The notes under the pieces are model-generated. The model was not told where the DNA came from. It saw only the letters and a list, made by a program, of their open reading frames with translations, and did not search any database. Positions 59,241 to 64,000 of a stretch of 64,000 nt of DNA are shown piece after piece. This DNA comes from Amphiscolops sp. MND2022. Taxonomy: Eukaryota. Each line of letters starts with the position of its first letter. Position 1 is the first letter of the stretch. The stretch lies in contig OZ076409.1 in assembly GCA_964187785.1 (NCBI GenBank), positions 41,604,001 through 41,668,000 on the forward strand. Reading direction: 5' to 3'. The translations under genes were made by a program, and so were the position numbers.

Positions 59241-61979
59241 TCCCGTTAACAACTTTATCACTGAGTTCCATTCTAAAATATACTATTACTGATTTCCAAG
59301 AAAATCAAAACTTTCTAGACTTAAGGCTAAAAACTCTTCGTCTTTTGAACATACTCAGAGGTTGCTTTTGAGGAAGTTCTGGAAACATAGAAAGTGCGAA
59401 AAGCATCAATAGATGCCTCTTCAGTGCTAAATCAGCTTTCTTACAAACGAAAATATAAACAAGACGCCCGCTGTCCAGCAGGATAGTTTCCGTCCAAACT
59501 GTTCTTGCAATAACATATTTTTGAGGCTTAAAAGAAGCCATTGCACTATCAAAACGCATAAAACTTTGATGAAACAAGTTTTGATATTTCTTGGAAAAGG
59601 TCATCCCATTTCAGAAGACAACACACTGAACACCTGCTTGTTTTGTTGTCGACCTGTGTGGATACCAAAACCTAACCCACCAATTTGTTTCATATAATGG
59701 ACGGAAAGTCATTAAAAACGTCAAAATTTGGAAAGTTTTGTCTTTCTGACAAATTTGCGGTCACTTGAGGAACTTTTTAAAGAAACTGCAGATGTATTTT
59801 TAAATGCCTATTGGATACCGGTTCCAGTCGTTCTTGAATGACAAAATTGCTCAAAAAATTGCGGTAAAAATGTCTACTGGATAACGCATTTGTTCGTCGT
59901 TGGAAGTTTTCATTCTTCCAGCAATGGAAACTTCTCAAAAAGACAGAACTTTGTATGAGAAACATTGAAATCAGATTTTTTCTTTTCAGACTCATCAGGG
60001 TCATTTGTGAAGTCTTTTTCAAGCGAAATCGTGCAGCTCATTTCCAAAAAGCATACCTCATAGCTAGTTTGTTTCTTTTTGAGTGTTTTGAGCTGTCCTA
60101 ACCACCAAAAACTTTCAAAACGTGTTCACGAACCGTAGGAAAAACGACAAACTAGAAGGATTTGGGTTTCTATGTTTTGGGGAGAAATTGAGACATGTTT
60201 TTAATGACATCTTACGTTCATTTTTTCAAAAAGTTAGCTGGACGATATATTCAAATGTTAATCAATAATTCAAAGTTCTAATTCACTAAAAGTTTTTCAA
60301 ATTTTCAAAAAAAAAACAGTTCAAAAACGAAAAAAATGGACTTTTCTGACTTCTTGGTTACTCTGGGGACCTTTTGAAGCTATTTTCGAACATGAAACTG
60401 CAATTGATTTTCAACGTCTACTCTATTTTGCTTGCTGTTGAATGTTTTAATTTTTGTAATATACCAACTTTACGAAAACTCCAACATTATTGGTTTTCTG
60501 GAAATTTTTGGATTTTCGACTCATTTGGGTCATTCTCAGATAGTGTTTTTACCTAGAAAACTACAAAGTTTTCCTTCAAAAAGCGTACGCATAGCTTGAT
60601 AAATCGTCTGGAGATTTCGGACATACTAGTTATCGAAAACGTTCACAAACAATCACTTAACTTTACAAGTAAAAAGAAAATCTGATACACATTTTTGGTT
60701 AATATTAAGACATTTTCCAAACACAAATCAGCAAGTGCCTCACACAAAAGCCAACTGGATATCAAAGGCATTTTTTGTTGAACTTTTCAATTATTCTTAT
60801 CCTGAAAACGTTATGAAGAATTCACAGACTTTGCACATATTTTTTCACTTCCCGACTCACTTGTGACGTTTTGAAGTACCTGATGTAAAACACTGTACAT
60901 TTCTCCTCAAAAAACGACACTACATACCTGATTTGTTCACTTTTGGTTGTTTTGTACCTTCTTACTCATAAAAAATCTTAAAATTGTACTCAAATAACAA
61001 GAAGATGAAAGATAAACGGGGCTTTTCGACAAATTTTGTGTCAAATTAAAGCACGTTTATATCAAAAACCTGCTTTTATCCTTTCAAAAAGCTTACTGAA
61101 CGACACAATCAGTTGTTGTTGAACAGTTTCAGAGTTCTAGTTTATTAAAATGTTGAAAATTTATAAAAATTGCGTTGGAGAATCAAAAATTGTAAAAATA
61201 AGTTTTTTTTTACTATTTTGGAAATTTTTCGTACAAAACAGCATTTATCTCCCCGAACAAACCTATTGGACAACGAATTCCCTAGTTGCTGAACGTTTTC
61301 AACTTTTTGATTTATGAATTCTCTTGAAACTTTGACGAAAGTTCCTTTCAAACGTGCAGAATCGGATTATTTTGAAAATTTTGTCATTTTTGATCGCAAT
61401 TTGAGCGTTTTTCAATAGAAAACTGCAATTATTTCTTGACGACTTGACGAAAGCCCTTCGGACCACGAATTGTTTCCTTGTTGATTGTCTTCAACTTTCT
61501 AAGCCACCAAGTTTTTCGAAAAACAGACAAAAATTGCACGAAAACTTTAAAAATCTGGTTTTGGAATTTTTGTCAATTGCGGCCCTAGTGTCAAGTCACG
61601 AAATCTATCGCAAAATTGACAAAAATTTCTAAAAACGATAGTAAAAACTAATCAGTTTTTACTTCTTTTGGGGTCATTTTTGAGTCTTTCTGAGGTCATT
61701 GGGGTCAACAAAAAAGTCCGAAAACCTCCAAAAATACATACCGCAAGATACTAATTTTACGTTAGTTGAATTCTATGGGTGAAACGCTTTATCTTGAATA
61801 TAAATTTGGTGCTTGGCAAATTTTGTAAAAAAACCGTTTGAATTAAATATTTAATTATTTTCTTTTTCCTAATGAAATTTGGACAAAAATAAAAATGGAG
61901 GAAATCCCTCCTAAAAAAGGACCCTTTTGTGAAGTAGTTTTTCGAAAAAAAAACAAGCTTAGTTCTGAAAAAACTCATA

Positions 61980-63680
61980 CACTATGGTATCAAAAAGCGA
62001 CGTACAGCTGAAAATCAAATCTTATTCAGTTTGTGAAGAACTTTTCATTTTCATTCTCAACCGGAAGTGAAATCAATCACTCTTGATTTAAACATTGTTG
62101 AAAATGGTCAAACCATTGGATTCATACGTTGTTTGCAAAATCGTTACACTTCGGGAAAGGGGTTTATCAAAGAGATTAAAGAAAAGTTGGGCCTTAAATC
62201 TCGATCGACAGCTCAAACAGCTTATCAGCGTTTTTGAGAACGAACTCTTATGTGGCGAAAAAACCTCCAGGCCGGCCAGAAAAGCTCAGCAAAAAAGAGC
62301 GAACACTAATATTTTGAAGAGTGGAAAAGACCCAAAAACAACATTAGAACGAGTAAGAGTACTGCAAATCTTTTTCAACGTCAACAACAAGACGTACAAT
62401 TCGAAGAATCCTGAAGAAGTACGGAATTGTTTCTAGAAAAGCCGCAAAAAAGATCAACTTGAACAAAACACAAAGACTGATCAGAAAACGTTGGTGCTCG
62501 AGTATGGTGAAAAAGCCCCTTGGTTTTTATCCAGCTTCAATTTTCCACCGAAAATGAGAAAAAGATTTGGAATTTTTTGAAAAAAAATAATTGAAAAAAA
62601 TCTCAAATTGCCGGAAAAACCAAAACGAAATAAAAAGTTTCATCAAATCAATCAATTTCACAGTGAACTGATAGCCCTTTTGATGGCCCTCCCAATGATA
62701 CAAAACGGGAAAATCGAACGTCGGCACTAACCTAAGGCTCAAAAAGCGCAAAGTTTAGAAAATCTGCTAGGGACTTTTATGAAAAGACAAAAAACTTCGA
62801 AACACCAAAATATCACAAAATTTGCAAGGGGACCTTTTAGTCACAATCGGTTTCGTATGTTACGTTAAAAAAGGAGAAATGAAAGGGGGGACCCTCTGCA
62901 CTACGTTAGATGCATTTTCGCTGCCCAGATTTGGGTGATACTGTAAACTTGAAGAATGTTGTTTTTTTTTCACTCGAAATTTTGCATTTTCGTTCTGAGT
63001 TTTGGTTGGATGGAAACTAGGCTTCTGGGAAAACGTCGTATTTTCAGACGAAACTCGTGTGCGCTTGAATATTGACGGCGTTGTGCGCGTGTTCAAGAAA
63101 ACTGGTCGTCGCTTTTGCCCCAAAAACACCCAAGAACTAAGCACAGGCAGAAGATCTATGATGTTTGAGGGGGCATCAGATCAGATGGCAGGAAAATGCT
63201 ACTTAAATGTCCAGCAACACTTAACAGTTACGGATAATTGGAGACTTTAAAGCAATACGATCGACATTTGATCATACAGGAATTGGTGTTCCAGCAAGAC
63301 AACGCCCCAGTACACAAAAGTGAAGTTGTTCGCAATTTTCTAGCCCGAAAGCAACGGGAGGTGCTGGATTGGCCAGCTTACAGTCCTGACCTGAATCCTT
63401 TTGAAAATCTTTGAGCCATTTAAAAAAAAATCTTGCGAGGTCAGATTGTTAGCTGGGAGATTTTAGAAGAAAAGGTTATGGAAGCGTGGAACAACATAAA
63501 CCCTGAAGTTGTTCGCAACTTGTACTTATCGTATGGGAATCGCCTGGTGAAGGTAATCAAAAACCATGGAAGTTTGACGGGATTTTGATTTATGATTTAT
63601 TTCAGCAAATGTTTCAAAAACTCTGTTCTGAGTTTTTTTTAAAAAAAAGTTGGTGTACGTAGCTTTTTGATACCATAGTG
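61980..63680 (+). mobile_element. Tc1 transposon related to 33160-34910, transposase pseudogenised
   Basis: TA|CACTATGGTATCAAAAAGCGACGTACA ... TGTACGTAGCTTTTTGATACCATAGTG|TA; MVKPLDSYVVCKIVTLRE, VFSDETRVRL, QQDNAP, WPAYSPDLNP with frameshifts and a stop; intervening segment 62523-63020. Confidence 0.92.
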
Positions 63681-63846
63681 TAAATGGGCTAAAGATATGC
63701 AATTGTAAGAATGCTGATCTTTAGGATGCATTGTAGAAATGTTTTATTCTACACCTGAGAAATTCTATCAACAGCAAACACATTCAAGAGAGGCCTTTCA
63801 GTGATATATGAAGAACAATTATACCTTTGAATATCCGCCTACTAAA

Positions 63847-63868
63847 TCTCTCTCTCTCTCTCTCTCTC
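63847..63868. repeat. (TC)n microsatellite
   Basis: About 11 TC units. Confidence 0.9.
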
Positions 63869-64000
63869 TAAGATAAATAACGTTGCAACAAATAGGTATT
63901 CTGAATAATTTCAGGAAAGGTGTGTATGAAAACCCTGAAGAGTCCCAAAATATCGAAAAATCCTTTGGTCTTATGTATTTTTGCAAGTATAGTAAAATGA

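Overview
AT-rich, intron-containing animal (invertebrate-type) genomic DNA; the species cannot be determined from the sequence. Three host genes lie on the + strand: a 5'-partial Enhancer of zeste/EZH2 H3K27 methyltransferase (7 exons, 5092-16295), a RanBP3-like gene (17445-32456) and a 6-exon class A GPCR (54267-57632). Most of the rest is transposon-derived: a near-intact Gypsy LTR element with a Tc1 nested in its 5' LTR, a decayed Copia, two more Tc1/mariner copies, an internally deleted hAT caught in a 3x tandem duplication, small MITEs, and many Helentron/DINE-1-like non-autonomous elements, several carrying tRNA-like A/B boxes. The most unusual signal: two diverged Tc1 elements are interrupted at the same codon by ~0.5 kb GT-AG segments. 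Their ends form a conserved G-U-rich stem that juxtaposes the boundaries, while their interiors do not align and carry Helentron-like/tRNA-like cargo. Removing the segment restores a 333-aa DD34E transposase in one copy. All exon boundaries were inferred by eye from reading frame and protein motifs.
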